Assembly (NCBI GenBank): GCA_964016885.1 | Contig: OZ024751.1 | Coordinates: 47,678,001 to 47,742,000, forward strand | Origin: Eledone cirrhosa | Taxonomy: Eukaryota | Length of the DNA: 64,000 bases | Direction of reading: 5' to 3' | Shown: positions 1 through 15,132 of the stretch, one piece after another | How positions within the stretch are numbered: the first letter of the stretch is position 1 | Layout of the letters: the number at the start of each line of letters is the position of its first letter | Translations under genes and position numbers: made by a program | The notes under the pieces: model-generated | Databases searched by the model: none | Seen by the model: only the letters and a program-made list of their open reading frames with translations | Told to the model about the DNA's origin: nothing

Positions 1-1175
1 ATGATGAGCAGGGTGGCTTCTCTCACCCAGAAAGGTCGAGCGGAGGTGGCTAACGCGTACATCGCGTCTGTCATCTGCTACCGCCTGACCGTCGTACCTT
101 GTCCTAAGCCCCGCCTGACTGCGCTGGAGCGTTTGCTCTTTCGCTTTTTGTGGAAGGGACGCGCTCCGATGGTCAGGCTGTCCATCTGTTGTCAACACCC
201 GCTACGTGGAGGGCTGGGCATGCCGTGGCTGATGATGCGCAGACACGCGCTCAGGCTACGACATCTCCACCTCTTCCTCGACGGTGATCAGGTGTGGTCG
301 CCGTTTGCTAGACACGTATTTCCCCAGCTCGTTTCCTTGACGGAGCTGCAGTCCTGGATCAAACTCTAGGCGTCGACGAAAATCAACTAGCCAATCTCTT
401 CGGAAGAACTTTAGGGCCGGGGCCTATGGACAACTTCCAGAAATCTCTGGCCTGGCAGTGCTACCGAGGAGCCTTGCCAGTTCGGGATAAACTCTACAGG
501 CATGGAGGTGCCGTCAGCCGGGCATGTCCGAGATGCGCGCAGGGCGACGAAACTGTCCTGCACGCACTCGTCCAGTGTCCGAAAATTGCTGACCTGTGGG
601 TTTATGTCGAACACCTGCTGTCGCGTGTAGGACGGATCCGGCTATCATCTGAGTCCATCGTGAGGATTGCCCCGCCCTCTTCCTTTAGCCGGGAAGGGCA
701 GGCAGTTTTTATCTGCCTGGTGGCCATGGCGAAAGAGATAGTATGGTGGACACGTTTAAAAGGGCTGAAGACGAGCACTTACCTCTTCGGTGATGCCCTG
801 ATTTACTTTTTCAAATTTCATTTGAAAAGGAAAATCAGAGTAGAGAGGGAAGTGCTCTCTTCCCAGCATTTGGGTGAGAGAAGCAAGAATGGCCCGAGTG
901 AATGGGCCTACTCTGAGTATGTATCTGTAAATTAAAGGTGGAAGACTGGGAGAGGGCACTTGCCTTGGTGGTCAGGGTCACTGTGGCCTTTTACTGGGCT
1001 TTCTCCACAAATGTCCCTCCGAAGTCTCCCCCCTATTGGGGAATTTTCATTGTTATTTTTTGTTACATCCTCTGTTTTTGTTCTTTACACGCAGAAATGC
1101 CCATTTGTACCGTCCTGTATTGTCCTGCACTGTCCTTAATGTCTACTTTATGTAAACCCTTGTGGTTAAAAAAAA
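1..1175 (+). mobile_element. Tx1/L1-clade non-LTR retrotransposon 3' fragment (ORF2 C-terminus incl. zf-RVT zinc knuckle, internally deleted), ending in A-tract + (TAT)n
   Basis: ORFs 1-369 and 426-935 read GRAEVAN..YRLTVVPCP..FLWKG..GGLGMP and ALPVRDKLYRH..CPRC..ETVLHALVQCP. Homologous to 59485-60974 but lacks the segment between QSWIK and LG.DE. Confidence 0.85.
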
Positions 1176-1176
1176 A

Positions 1177-1232
<56 letters not shown>

Positions 1233-1337
1233 TCCGTTGACTTCCTTTCAGTATTATATATATATATATTTATAATATAAATACATATATATATATATAT
1301 ATAAATACGTATATTCATATATATACACATAATATGC

Positions 1338-1368
<31 letters not shown>

Positions 1369-1380
1369 CATACATATATA

Positions 1381-1444
<64 letters not shown>

Positions 1445-1778
1445 GTGCTTAATTGTTCACCTTCTGCGAATGTAGGACACTTGTATGGATTCCAGTCCGC
1501 CTGTTAATGATTGTCACGATTATGGTGTTGAAAATAATACCCCCGTTTTTTATATTTTTCCGCTTCCTACCGCTTTTCTAAATATCGCAGTAGTTGATGC
1601 AATTTACGGGGAGAATAATCACGAGTAGAAGTCGACATTATAAAATATAACTCTCAGAATATAAAAGAAGCAGGTGAATAAAATAACTATAAATACTACC
1701 CATACACTCACACACAAAATGATATATACACACACACACACATATATATGTGTGTGTATATATATAATTAATATGTAA

Positions 1779-1813
<35 letters not shown>

Positions 1814-1868
1814 GATAGGTAAATATACACGTGTGTGTATGATTGTGTATAGAAGATTATATCAATAA

Positions 1869-2056
1869 GGCGGTGGATTGGCAGTATTGGTAGAGGGTCG
1901 GACGCCAAGCTTTGACGCAAAGAGTTACAGCCCTTTCCATTCCGAGTTCAAATCCCGCCGAGGTTAACTTTGCCTTTCATCCTTACGGGGTCGATAAAAT
2001 AAAGTACCAGTAATGCACTGGGTAATTGTTGGCCTTGTGTCAAACGTAGAAACAAT

Positions 2057-2058
<2 letters not shown>
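1869..2058 (+). mobile_element. tRNA-derived SINE (Meta/MESC-core-like), short subfamily
   Basis: A-box-like TGGCAGTATTGG, B-box GAGTTCAAATCC, core GCCTTTCATCCTTACGGGGTCGATAAAATAAAGTACCAG, tail GTAGAAACAATTA; many copies in window. Confidence 0.85.
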
Positions 2059-2533
<475 letters not shown>

Positions 2534-2574
2534 TATGTATATATATATATATATATAATTAATATGTATATATA

Positions 2575-2610
<36 letters not shown>

Positions 2611-2640
2611 TGTATGTATATATGTATGTATGTATGTATG

Positions 2641-3090
2641 CCAAAGGAGCTCTTAAGAGTCAATGGCCATCCAAAATCACTGGGAGAGATGACCCCTTAG
2701 CCTTTGTCAAGGCAGAATTCTAGGAGAAGGAAAACTCTGATATAACACCTGCAACCCTGATGGTATCCAATGATGTTGACTTGTTCTTCTTTTTGGTAAA
2801 TATCATCTTGGTTAAGAGAGTGGGACAGGCTTTGTGCAGTGCCTTTGCTCACTATAAAAGCTTCACGGCACAGGCATTGCTTTGTATCTGGAGATTTCTC
2901 TGCACATGTCGTCACATGGTACCAAAGGCAAAGCACTAAGTGTCAATAATTGTCACAAGTGTAGTTTTTGTACCAGAGTTTTCAAGTCGCTGGCTGGACT
3001 AAAAAGTCACACTCGTTCAGCGCATCGGTAGGGGTTCTCCTACATGGATATAAAGTAGTGGCCGTACTCGAAAACGAGTTGGCAGCCACC
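2641..3090 (+). mobile_element. 5'-truncated copy of the bipartite non-autonomous RTE element (see 33507-34092)
   Basis: Near-identical to 33655-34092; flanked by (ATGT)n on both sides. Confidence 0.75.
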
Positions 3091-3468
3091 ATGTATGTAT
3101 GTATGTATGTATGTATGTATGTATGTATGTATGTATGTATGTATGTATGTATGTATGTATGTATGTATGTATGTATATGCGTGTGTCGATACTTATTGAA
3201 AAGGTAGCCCGTCGAGCAGTATGGCCTATAACAAAATCTATATTCATATAGTTTTCTTTAATTTGAATAAAGTTCTCACTAGTCGGAACATCTCACACAT
3301 ACACACACACACACGTACATACACACATTAAGTTCTATTCCCTTTACAATTCTTCCCTATTTCTTCTCTCCATTTCTCTCTCTCTCTCACTCCCCTACTC
3401 TCTATCTCTCAATCGCTCTATTTCTCTCTCTAAAGCACACACAGCCATACCAGTTTTCCCTACTTTAT

Positions 3469-3520
<52 letters not shown>

Positions 3521-3556
3521 ATATATTTTATATATATATATATTATATATTATATA

Positions 3557-3866
3557 TGCACACATATATATATATGTACGTATGGATTCACCGAACATTT
3601 ATTATAATGCTCGGTTTGTTTGTAAACAAACAGCCCGAATTAAGCCGTACAGTGTTTAGCAACAACCGTTGCTCTTTTGTTCAACACTGACAAAGGAACG
3701 ATGTACTAGTTTCAAGCTTATTAGCTATCGTAAGCACCGTATACCTTCCTGCCAGATGATTGAATCGGTGAATCCATACGTACATATATAAATGTGTGCA
3801 TGTATGTATATATATACATACTACTGTACGTCTGTATACATATATGTATGTACGTATACATACTTA
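3557..3866. mobile_element. Inverted-junction copy of the 431-bp HHR element (see 46729-47352); degenerate HHR at 3698-3740 (-)
   Basis: 3557-3764 matches the reverse complement of ~47016-47222; 3765-3866 matches the forward repeat; HHR core reads CUUACGA here. Confidence 0.75.
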
Positions 3867-3946
3867 TATATATATATATTATATATATATATTTTATATA
3901 TATATATATTATATATATATTTTATATATATATATTATATATATAT

Positions 3947-3984
<38 letters not shown>

Positions 3985-4014
3985 CGTGTGTGTGCGTGTA
4001 TGTGCGTGTGTGTA

Positions 4015-4210
4015 TCCCTGGTTCAATCGGGGGGGGGGGGGAGGTAACCACAGTAGGTAAGGTACTCAATACATAGCAGAGTATAAATATTCAGGACTTC
4101 CACTACCACCAGAAAAGGTATAAATACGACCATAACACGTTGACAGCCGGCTTTCCTGATAATTTCCTTCGAATGAAACAGTTCTAATCTTGTAGAAGCC
4201 ATTTCTATAT
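4015..4210. mobile_element. PLE-type terminus family B (inverted tail plus degenerate HHR)
   Basis: 4015-4092 is the reverse complement of the tail at 15240-15315; 4149-4200 is an HHR with CUGAUAA core. Confidence 0.6.
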
Positions 4211-4827
4211 TATATATATATATATATATATTTGCGTTTTATTTTTATAATTACGCATGATGTTAAACTAGCCTGCTCCCTTTTTGGCATATTAATCAGT
4301 GAGATTTTGGTTATCATGTTGAGCTCTGCTGAGGATCGAATTCCAACCGTGAACATCCCCACTGAAAGTTTTCGTGAAATAGTCTTTTCAAGACTATACA
4401 GAGCATTTGTAGTTGTTCCAAATTGAAGGATGAGTATTTTAAACTTTATTTTATCATGAGTTAAGGCTCAATTGATTTTTCCCTGGATTTCATTAAATTC
4501 TGTTGGATAAATCAATATCGTGATTCTTTTTCAATTGAGTTTGAATTATTTTTCCCACATCTTACGTTAACTATTTTCCCATTTTGACGCTATAGTCACT
4601 TATATATTATGGAATACTGTTGGCTTCTTGCTGCAATAATTTCTATACTTTTCATTTATATATATATATCAAGTAAGTATGTTTTGAAACAGTGAGCACG
4701 TTTGAAATTATAAAATAGAATAGCTTTCACCGTAATAGCTATTATATATATATATGAAAGGTATAGAAAATATTGTAGCATAAAGCCAACAGTATTCCAT
4801 AATATATAAGTGACTATATACATGCAT

Positions 4828-4868
<41 letters not shown>

Positions 4869-5100
4869 GTGAAACTCAGTAATACACTGGGTAATTGCTG
4901 GCCTTGTGCCTAAAGTAGAAACAATTATATGAGACTACAACTTAGCAACGCTACATTTATCTTTAATTATATATAAATAATATTTATATCACATAGTAGA
5001 ACCTCTTTCTCTGTAATTTACCATTTTATGATAGGTTCTCTATATATTTATACATCTCTGAACACTCATATATCTTTATACAGCCATATATTGCAATGCA

Positions 5101-5133
<33 letters not shown>

Positions 5134-5238
5134 CCCTTCTTCCCCCCTCTCTCTCTATATATTTATATAATGTATAATAAACAATACAATATAATTACCA
5201 GAGGTTTCCCGAATAAGACGAATACGAAAAACATATAT

Positions 5239-5330
<92 letters not shown>

Positions 5331-5345
5331 TTGTGTGTATGTATG

Positions 5346-5451
<106 letters not shown>

Positions 5452-6084
5452 CATATATATATATACATATATATATACAGTATATATTCATTTTCTTATA
5501 CATATTGATACATATTGTCTCGTATATACACGTATATACACGATATGTACGTGCGAAAACACTTATATCCATATTTTCACACAAACACAACACACATACG
5601 TAGATATAACATTCGCAGCTCCACTCAAACATAAACGGTCATACAAACTAAACAGAAACCCCCCATACACATATATCTACTTATAGAGGCCATAATTTCA
5701 CGAGGTTTCCACACAATTCATATATTTAGCCATAAAGACTAAACGTAATAAAATATTGAACGTTGCCCAATTCTACATACTATACAACACTACACAATAG
5801 CACCAAACATATATATATATCATTTAAAATTGTGATTCTTAAATATCTTTCTGGTTTTAAAGCCCTTAAAAGACTGCCAAATAACGTACCATACTCTCTT
5901 CGCCATACCATCTTAATCATCTTGATCTCCTAGTCCTACTAGTTCTCGTAGTCCTATTAGGTCCCCTAGTATGGTATGATATGGTCCAGTAACTGGAGTC
6001 GGAGTCGGAGGAGCGCCGTAGTGACATACAGCGTTTCTTGGGCATTTGTAAACCTGACTGAACCCATCTCCTCTCTAGGTCTGA

Positions 6085-6252
6085 ACAGATTCAACCCCAG
6101 TACTAGACTGGCACTTTTTTTTTTATTGACCTCGAAAGGATGCAAGGCAATGTTGACCTTCGCTGGATTTGAACTCAGAGAGTAGAAAGCCGGAACTTAT
6201 ATCGCAAAGTTCTCTATCCGACATTCTAACGATTCTGCCAACTTGCTGCCTA
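6085..6252 (-). mobile_element. Diverged tRNA-derived SINE
   Basis: GGATTTGAACTCAGA B-box reverse complement; GAAAGGATGCAAGGC core. Confidence 0.6.
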
Positions 6253-6507
6253 AAATATTATATTACATTATGTTCATAAACGTAACAAAAGCCCTACCTA
6301 AGGTTTCAAGGGCCCATTATTGACTACACCAGCAGATTACATGAGGGATAAAAATTGTGACGTATCTTCAGGAGTTTATACGAGTTTATAAAATACTGTT
6401 AAAATGAATCCGTTTTCACACCTACCGATATTGCTATATATATATTTATATATATATATGTTATAGAATACTATTAGCTTCTCGCTAAAACAATCTCTAT
6501 ACCTCTC

Positions 6508-6593
<86 letters not shown>

Positions 6594-6649
6594 ATACTTG
6601 TTTCGACACACGATTTCATATAAAAACCTCGCAAAACTAATTCATCGCC

Positions 6650-6747
<98 letters not shown>

Positions 6748-7190
6748 TGTGTGTGTGTGTGTGTTTGCGTGTGTGTGTGTGTATATGTGTGTGTATTCAG
6801 TGTAAAGGCGTATATATGTATTTTTTATGCGCAAACTTCATCACCTATATAAGCGTCGGTGTCTCGTGTGTGTAAATACTGTGTGAGTGTGTGTGTGTAT
6901 GTGTGTGTAAATCTGCGTGTCAATGTGTGTGTGCGCGTGTGTGTGAAAGAATATAAAAAGTGAAAAGAAAGAATAGATGGAGTGGAAGAAGACAATGAAA
7001 GTGAAAAGAAAGAGAGAGACAATTGAATGAAATTAGAATAACATTCCAACGATATCTATTACAGAAAAACTGTTTATTTAGTTGAAGATAAGTGAAACAT
7101 AATTAACACCTCAAGAGTAGACTTGTAAGATTATACATAAATAAATACACACTCATACACACACACTCATACACACACACACACACTCAT

Positions 7191-7249
<59 letters not shown>

Positions 7250-7350
7250 GCGATGAAATACCAATGATGGTTGGCAAAATCACTGATGAGGGACTAATTT
7301 TATCATATGTAATCCATGCGCAACCATGCAGTATTCTTCTTCCCCTTGTT

Positions 7351-7387
<37 letters not shown>

Positions 7388-7479
7388 TATATACGTATAT
7401 TGGGTATATACAGATATATGTATATATTTATGTATATATATCCGGGAGATTCCAACAGTAATGGTTGCATTCTTTAAGG

Positions 7480-7713
7480 GTATGTCAATATTTATTTATA
7501 AAACTGATCTATATTATATTTTATCTGATGAAAGCTCACCATAATTTAACTTGGTGTCCTTGAAATATGTATAATGAAATAAATATGGTTTTATAAATAT
7601 AGTTTCCATTTGTTAATATCGTATTTTTACTCCAAATATTTGTTGAGTGCTTTATATCAGTTATAAAAATATTTGCTTGTTGTATCCCAATAATTTAAAT
7701 AGAACTCTTACAT
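7480..7713 (+). mobile_element. PLE-type terminus family C with HHR at 7519-7579
   Basis: UUUAU-CUGAUGA-AAGCUCACC...GGUGUCCUU-GAAAU-AUGU-AUA-AUGAA; related to 21462, 36182 and 37458 copies; ends in AT/GT microsatellite. Confidence 0.65.
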
Positions 7714-7809
7714 ATGTATATATATATATGTGTGTGTGTGTGTGTGGCTTTGTATATATACCTGCTTATATATATATATATATACATGCATATATATATA
7801 TATACATAC

Positions 7810-7845
<36 letters not shown>

Positions 7846-7850
7846 ATCTA

Positions 7851-7909
<59 letters not shown>

Positions 7910-8030
7910 ATATATACAGGCATACACACACACATATATATGCCATAATCGAACTTCATTTCCTATCTAAGTTTCTCAACAAAGTAGACTGACGTTTGCA
8001 TATAATTTGCATGTTAAACGAAGAGAATAC

Positions 8031-8105
<75 letters not shown>

Positions 8106-8122
8106 TATATACATATATATAT

Positions 8123-8195
<73 letters not shown>

Positions 8196-8312
8196 CATAT
8201 ATACATATATATATACATATATATACATATATATACATATATATATATATATAGACATATATATATATATACATATATATATATACATATATATATACAT
8301 ATATATATATAC

Positions 8313-8367
<55 letters not shown>

Positions 8368-8452
8368 CATATATACATATATATATACATATATATACAT
8401 ATATATACATATATATATATAGACATATATATATACATATATATATATATAG

Positions 8453-8483
<31 letters not shown>

Positions 8484-8518
8484 GACATATATATATATAC
8501 ATATATATACATATATAC

Positions 8519-8551
<33 letters not shown>

Positions 8552-8968
8552 CATGTACATATATACACATACATGCATGTATGTGAGCCATGTGTGCAAT
8601 TACATATATATATAAACATACACATGCACATGTATAACGAGGCCTAATCAGTGTGAATATTATAGATTGGAGATGCTAAGAAGAAGCAAAATGAAAATTT
8701 TGCAGAGTTACTTTTGATTCTTAGTAAAGAGATTGCGTAAACATCTAGTAAATCGATTAGATTTTCTTGTTTGGCGCCAAACAAAAGAATGTGATGAAAC
8801 GAGTAATTTTAGAATGAGCTGCAGTTAGAGATGATGTACATAACACAGCTTTACAGCATGAACCTATGTTATCAGTACATTAGTTGCTACAAGCTGACAT
8901 TGTTTATGTTTAGATCGTCGTGTATATATATACATATATCTTATATATATCTGTGTTTATATGTGTGT

Positions 8969-9013
<45 letters not shown>

Positions 9014-9043
9014 CTGTATATATCTGTGTGTATGTATGTATGT

Positions 9044-9081
<38 letters not shown>

Positions 9082-9174
9082 GTATATATCTGTGTGTATG
9101 TATGGATGTATTAATATATATATATATATATCTGTGTGTATGTATGTATGTTTGTATATATATATGCGTGTATG

Positions 9175-9213
<39 letters not shown>

Positions 9214-9340
9214 ATGTATGTATGTTTGTATATATATATATATATATATATATATGCGTGTATGTATATATATATATATATATATCTGTGTGTATGTATG
9301 TATGTTTGTATATATATATATATATATGCGTGTATGTATG

Positions 9341-9375
<35 letters not shown>

Positions 9376-9422
9376 ATGTATGTATGTTTGTATATATATA
9401 TATATACCTGTGTTTATGTATG

Positions 9423-9458
<36 letters not shown>

Positions 9459-9467
9459 TGTATGTAT

Positions 9468-9524
<57 letters not shown>

Positions 9525-9760
9525 TGTGTGTGTGTGTGTATGTATGTGTGAATATATATATATATATATGTGTCTTTGTGTGTGTCTATTTGTATATCTG
9601 AGTGTTTGTATCTGCTTCTATATATATAATACACACACACGTATTATATATATATTATATATATATATATACAATGATATTAAATAAATTGTGTTTTGAT
9701 GCATCACTGATTCCTCGTATTCTATAATATATATATATATATACATATATATACATAAAT

Positions 9761-9823
<63 letters not shown>

Positions 9824-10023
9824 AATCCATATATATATATGAGGTGAGAAAAACCACAGACCCTCCATCTCAACTGCGAAACCAGTAAAGGAACCAAATA
9901 AACATATATATGTTTTTTTTAAAATAAGACTCCAGTTGCATTTTCGATTCCATCTTTTTTTCTTTATACTTTCACTCGTCTAGGACACCTCAGTTATTTT
10001 TCATTTTGTAAAAAAAACCTCAC

Positions 10024-10078
<55 letters not shown>

Positions 10079-10113
10079 TTATATGAATCAAAGAACTGTT
10101 CAAAACATTTTTA

Positions 10114-10160
10114 TGCTTACAACTGTTTCCTCCAAACCGAGGTTTGGATTCTTCGGAGCA
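10114..10160 (-). ncRNA. Hammerhead-like motif (core variant CCGAAGA)
   Basis: UGCU-CCGAAGA-A UCCAAAC CUCG GUUUGGA G-GAAAC-AGUU-GUA-AGCA. Confidence 0.6.
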
Positions 10161-11593
10161 ATTTATTATTGAATGAACACTTATATGACCTCCTTTTCAC
10201 CCAAGAGACATACAGATACATATGCAAATATTGTGGGTCAACATTCATTACAGCATTTAGTGTGGCAGTACACATTTAGAGATTACATTCATATTAAAAG
10301 ATACAATCAAAATTACAGGTTAAAATACAATGAAATTAAGCGGTTATAGAGTGTAATGGTTATATGTGTGGCAAGCACGTGCGTCTTGTTTATATAGTGT
10401 GACAGAGAGTTACGTGTAATAGAAGCACTTAAGCAGGTAATCAAGAGTGTTAAGGGGGTTGATTTGGTAATGAATTCTTTATATGATTGTTATAGCCTGT
10501 GTGTGGAGAAATAATATAAGTATTAAAAATAATGTAAGCATTAAAAATATTGGAAATGCGTAGCGAAGCGATGATATGGATTTCATGCACTGCGATATTT
10601 TCATAGTCTGGGGAGCGTATTTTTCAGATTATATGCCCCTCACATAATCCACGACGATTCGATATTGGGCGTTTGACAATCCAGTTAGAGAATCGTAGTC
10701 TGATGTTCTTTAGCTCAATACAGGAGGATGTTACGTTGCGAGAATCGACATCGAAATATTACCCGGAAGTGTGTGTGTGGCTAATGGGAGTTAATGCATG
10801 AGGGGAGGTAACTCAGTGGTTTCTATTACTAACTATTAAATTGTGTCTCAAAATAGTCCCTAACTTATATGGTTATGTGCAGTTTCTAAAAAATTTCTAA
10901 AAATTTAAAGTGTTTTAACTATAAAGTAGTCTATTAAGTTGTGCTGAAGGTGTTCTTATTATGGTGATTAACCCCCACCGTAGAGTGCCACAAATGAATA
11001 TTATACACGACGAGCGAGAATTCTAAATTAATTATCTCTGTGATTGCAGTCTACTCAAAGAACCAGGCAAGGTGATTGCAGAATCACTTCAACACACAAT
11101 GATCCCTGGTAAGTTCCGGGTCAGTGCATGCTATATTGGATGTCGAAAGATAATCATCACCAGGGCCGACCAGAGGCCAATCCACAGTCCTCGTGACTCC
11201 AATCTGACCATCAAATCATACATATATGTACAACCCAAACGCCACTTGCAATACAACCACTGCACTCAGCATACCGGTTATACAGCTCATCAACGTTACT
11301 AGATTAATTAGTTTTCCATTTATCCAACGATGGCACTTCCTCCGCACAGCACCAACAATACAATCAATTCAATGCTTAATGTTTACATTACCTATAAAGT
11401 GGTGTAGTGCAGTTCAAGCAACTGGATGTAGTCACACCTAAAGTAGAAGTACAAAGGGGTATTCCCACTGTGAAGTGTTCTAGAGGGATGTCCCGATTTG
11501 TGTTATATTAGATCAATGAGTGTGAGGATGTGGTATAAGGTGTGACCCTGGTGTTTGATGCTAGAGGTGGTGTCTGGTTCAAGTCCGGCATTG

Positions 11594-12430
11594 CTATATA
11601 TTGGGCTTAAAGTTTTGGAAGGAATGTCTGAAGCGGTGTTGGCAAGTTGCAAACACTTCAGATTTTTTGTTAAGTAGGTTACGGTTAGAGAAGATAATAG
11701 TGTGGGTCTCTAGTATACCGAGGTTACAAAATTTATTAGGTGGTTTGTACGAAGTCGCGCTACCTATCACTTACCTTTTGAGTGTGTAAGGTTTATTTTT
11801 AGTTTTTAGATAGTGTATGTAGCTAGATAGTGAGGTGGAGTTGGCTAGACTGTGCTTTTTGAACGAGTGGATGTGCGAATTATATCTGATTTTGAAGCAG
11901 TTAGAAGTGGAGCCTACATAGGTTTCTGAAGAGTTGCTAGTTGTGACGGTGCAGGAGAGGAGTATATGATATCCTTGGTTAGGCATTTTTTACCTAAAGG
12001 GCAAGTTCTATTAGCTCTACAGTTACAATTATCCTGGGTGTTAGTCTGCTGGTTATAATGCAGTGCAGAAGTCCGGGTGGTAGCTATAGGATTTTGGACA
12101 TTCGGGTTGTTGACCCCGGTGTTATTTCTTATACTAGTGTTATTTCTATTATTACTGCCGTTATTAGGGTTGCTTGCTACAGAGGTATTTTGAAGGTTTA
12201 CCTCCTGTTGTGATTTCGTTTGTTGGAAGTAAGAATTAATTTTACTTTTATTGCTGTGGTATGCTAAGTTAGGCGTCGTAGAGTATGAGATTTTAATAGT
12301 TTTTTTGTTTAAAAGGTTATGGTACTTGTGTCCTAGAGGGAAGTTTTTATCTAGTAGTGAGAAGAAAGCCCTAGGTATGTTGGTGGAGACGTTTAGGTTG
12401 AAAGGAGGGTTGAAAAATGTATTATTTCTT
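11594..12430 (-). pseudogene. PLE thumb/linker + GIY-YIG endonuclease remnant (frameshifts and stops)
   Basis: Manual translation: FFNPPFNLNVSTNI..LLDKNFP..KISYSTTPN..CNCRANRTCPLGKKCLTKDIIY / TYVGSTSNCFKIRYNSH..SF..STSLS.. CNL..E..LLNKKSEVFATCQH. Confidence 0.75.
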
Positions 12431-12981
12431 CTCTATTTTTGTTTTTAGTGTCTGGTATGTTGTTTCCTCCTAAGGTACTACGGTAGTTTCTGTGGTAATG
12501 GTTACTTTTGGTGGAACCCTCTGCTTTAGTGTGCGTGTGGTTGCTATTCATATTACTAGGTTTCCCCATGGACATATTGTGCGAGATGATGTTGTAGCTA
12601 TATATATATATATATATTATGGTTACGTTCATGTATTTTGGGGGCAATTCATGTGTATTATATATGATTATATTTGTAATACCATGGGCGATGGGTTGGC
12701 AGTAATCGGTAGAGCGTCGGATACCAGGCTTTGTGGTGTATAGTTACGTCCCTTTACGTTCTGAGTTCAAATCCCAGAATGAGTGTAATACAAGGAGCTA
12801 TAAAATATGTTCGTTCTAATGTCCTCATGGTTATATCGATATATCCATAGTGCCAGGATGTTGCTCCAATCGAGTGTCTTTCTGTATGACATTGGAGGTA
12901 GGAAGTTATCACTGTATTCTTTCACCTCTATGTTTATATATGTGTGAATGTGTATGAGTACACACACATACAAACACACAC

Positions 12982-13047
<66 letters not shown>

Positions 13048-13189
13048 AGGATAAAAAGGACGATTGATTATTCCTTCATTGCATTTATTGATAGGTGACG
13101 CGCGTTTCGCCACTGATCAGCTCAAGGTTCGATCTATATTGATCCTACCCGACTCAATAATTGGCAGCTCGACGGACCCTCTTAAAATG

Positions 13190-13396
<207 letters not shown>

Positions 13397-13759
13397 CAAT
13401 ATCGGAGAAAGCTTTTAGCGATACTCCGGCCAAATTCCAACTCAGTCAACAAACATTAGGAAATAAGTGAGTATATTCCTAATTAAACGTTCGGGGTGCT
13501 AACTAAATGTATTGTGTGGAAAATTGACTGTATTATTTCATATGCGACATATCGAATACATCTCTTCCCAGACGGACGTCTCGTTTCATTATAAGATTCC
13601 TACAATTTGGGTGAAATTATACCAATTTATGTAGGAGCTTGTATAGGATCAACAGATAATATTCAAGTGGGCTCTTATAATTCATCAGTGGGTGCCCAAT
13701 AATACTAATATTGATAATTCTTTTCTTTGTTTTAAAAATTGATAATTCTTTTCTTTGTT

Positions 13760-14053
13760 TTAAAAACAAGATGGCGTAGGACAGAACAAAGGAGAGGCAC
13801 AAAACAAAGAAAAGAATCCCCAGTCACTGAAGAGGTCACAGAATGTGTGACGAAAGAACTTTGACAATATATGAACAACCATCCGGTTGTGGAACCAACC
13901 AACCGGAAATTTATAAATTTATAATAAATTGGAGTGAAAGCAACTGGTGCGTGTGTTTCTTATTGGCAACATGACCCCCCCAAAGTATAACAATATCGGC
14001 TTCAACACACGTTTTCAGATAAAGAATCTTGCTAAACAAATTCAGAAACGAAA
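13760..14053 (+). mobile_element. 3' terminus of the same PLE family as 51652-55900, HHR at 13822-13865, extended past the usual end
   Basis: Matches the reverse complement of 51652-51905 (GTGAAAGCAACTGGTGCGTGTGTTTCTTATTGGCAACATGACC..CCAAAGTATAACAAT). Confidence 0.8.
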
Positions 14054-14120
14054 TATATATATATATATATATATATATGAAGAACACAAGAGCGTCTACA
14101 ACATCAACAGATTTTTATTG

Positions 14121-14165
14121 GCTTACAATGTTTCTTCCTTACGTAACCGTAGGATTGGTCAGAGC
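14121..14165 (-). ncRNA. Hammerhead-like motif (core variant CUGACCA)
   Basis: GCU-CUGACCA-A UCCU..AGGA A-GAAAC-AUU-GUA-AGC. Confidence 0.5.
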
Positions 14166-14219
14166 TATAAAAGGGGTTTGATTGGTGTTATGGACTCTAC
14201 CAACCAAACATTCATATAT

Positions 14220-14435
<216 letters not shown>

Positions 14436-14705
14436 CGAGAACAATTTCTATGCAGTAGACTAGGTTAGGGAATAAAAATAAAACTGGCCAGGAAGGAAGA
14501 AGTCAAAGAATCAGCTCTTTGATTCCACATCAATAATTCTTTAACAGTTCCAGCTTTGAAATTGAGATTTTTTAATGTTAACACTTTAAACATTTCCACG
14601 TGTCAATAATCCGCAGAAACAACAGGGTTTCTCTTAAGTAAACCATTTATCAAAACGTAAATTTCCCAATTTTTCATGATGATTTATATAGCCATCAATC
14701 CTGGT

Positions 14706-14805
<100 letters not shown>

Positions 14806-14886
14806 GATAAACAGAAATAACAACACAATCGGTACAGTATATGGAAAGGATATATTAGGTTAACGCTCGATATAGCAGGAAGAGGG

Positions 14887-14922
14887 TCTTAACATTTCGG
14901 ACGCTAGTCCTTCATCAGAAGA
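14887..14922 (-). ncRNA. Minimal hammerhead motif, family D (relatives at 17517-17552 +, 20946-20985 -, 61751-61786 -)
   Basis: UCUU-CUGAUGA-A GGAC UAGC GUCC-GAAAUGUU-AAGA. Confidence 0.7.
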
Positions 14923-15132
14923 AAGAATGAGAAATAAGATAGGTTGAGGGGGCGGGTGGGTTGGAATTGGAAAAAAATGTCTTTAGATAAAAATAACAAG
15001 TCCATTCATGATAGTAATAATAATAAATGTGAAGACTAAAATCCAAAGAGGGCTCGATAAGGATAAATATATATCAAATATATAAGAACCATAGAGCAAA
15101 TATATATATATATAGATAGATATATCATATAC

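Larger units (their letters stand above)
10075..12595 (-). mobile_element. 5'-truncated degenerate Penelope-like element (probably Hydra-type C-terminal GIY-YIG clade) with long 3' UTR and terminal HHR, inserted in (TA)n
   Basis: Coding remnant at 11594-12430; HHR-like motif at 10114-10160; (TA)n at both ends. Clade label is from memory of motifs. Confidence 0.7.

Noticed and set aside
4230-4590. Possible host exon or MULE-like remnant
   Set aside because: No convincing motif or splice structure in any frame.
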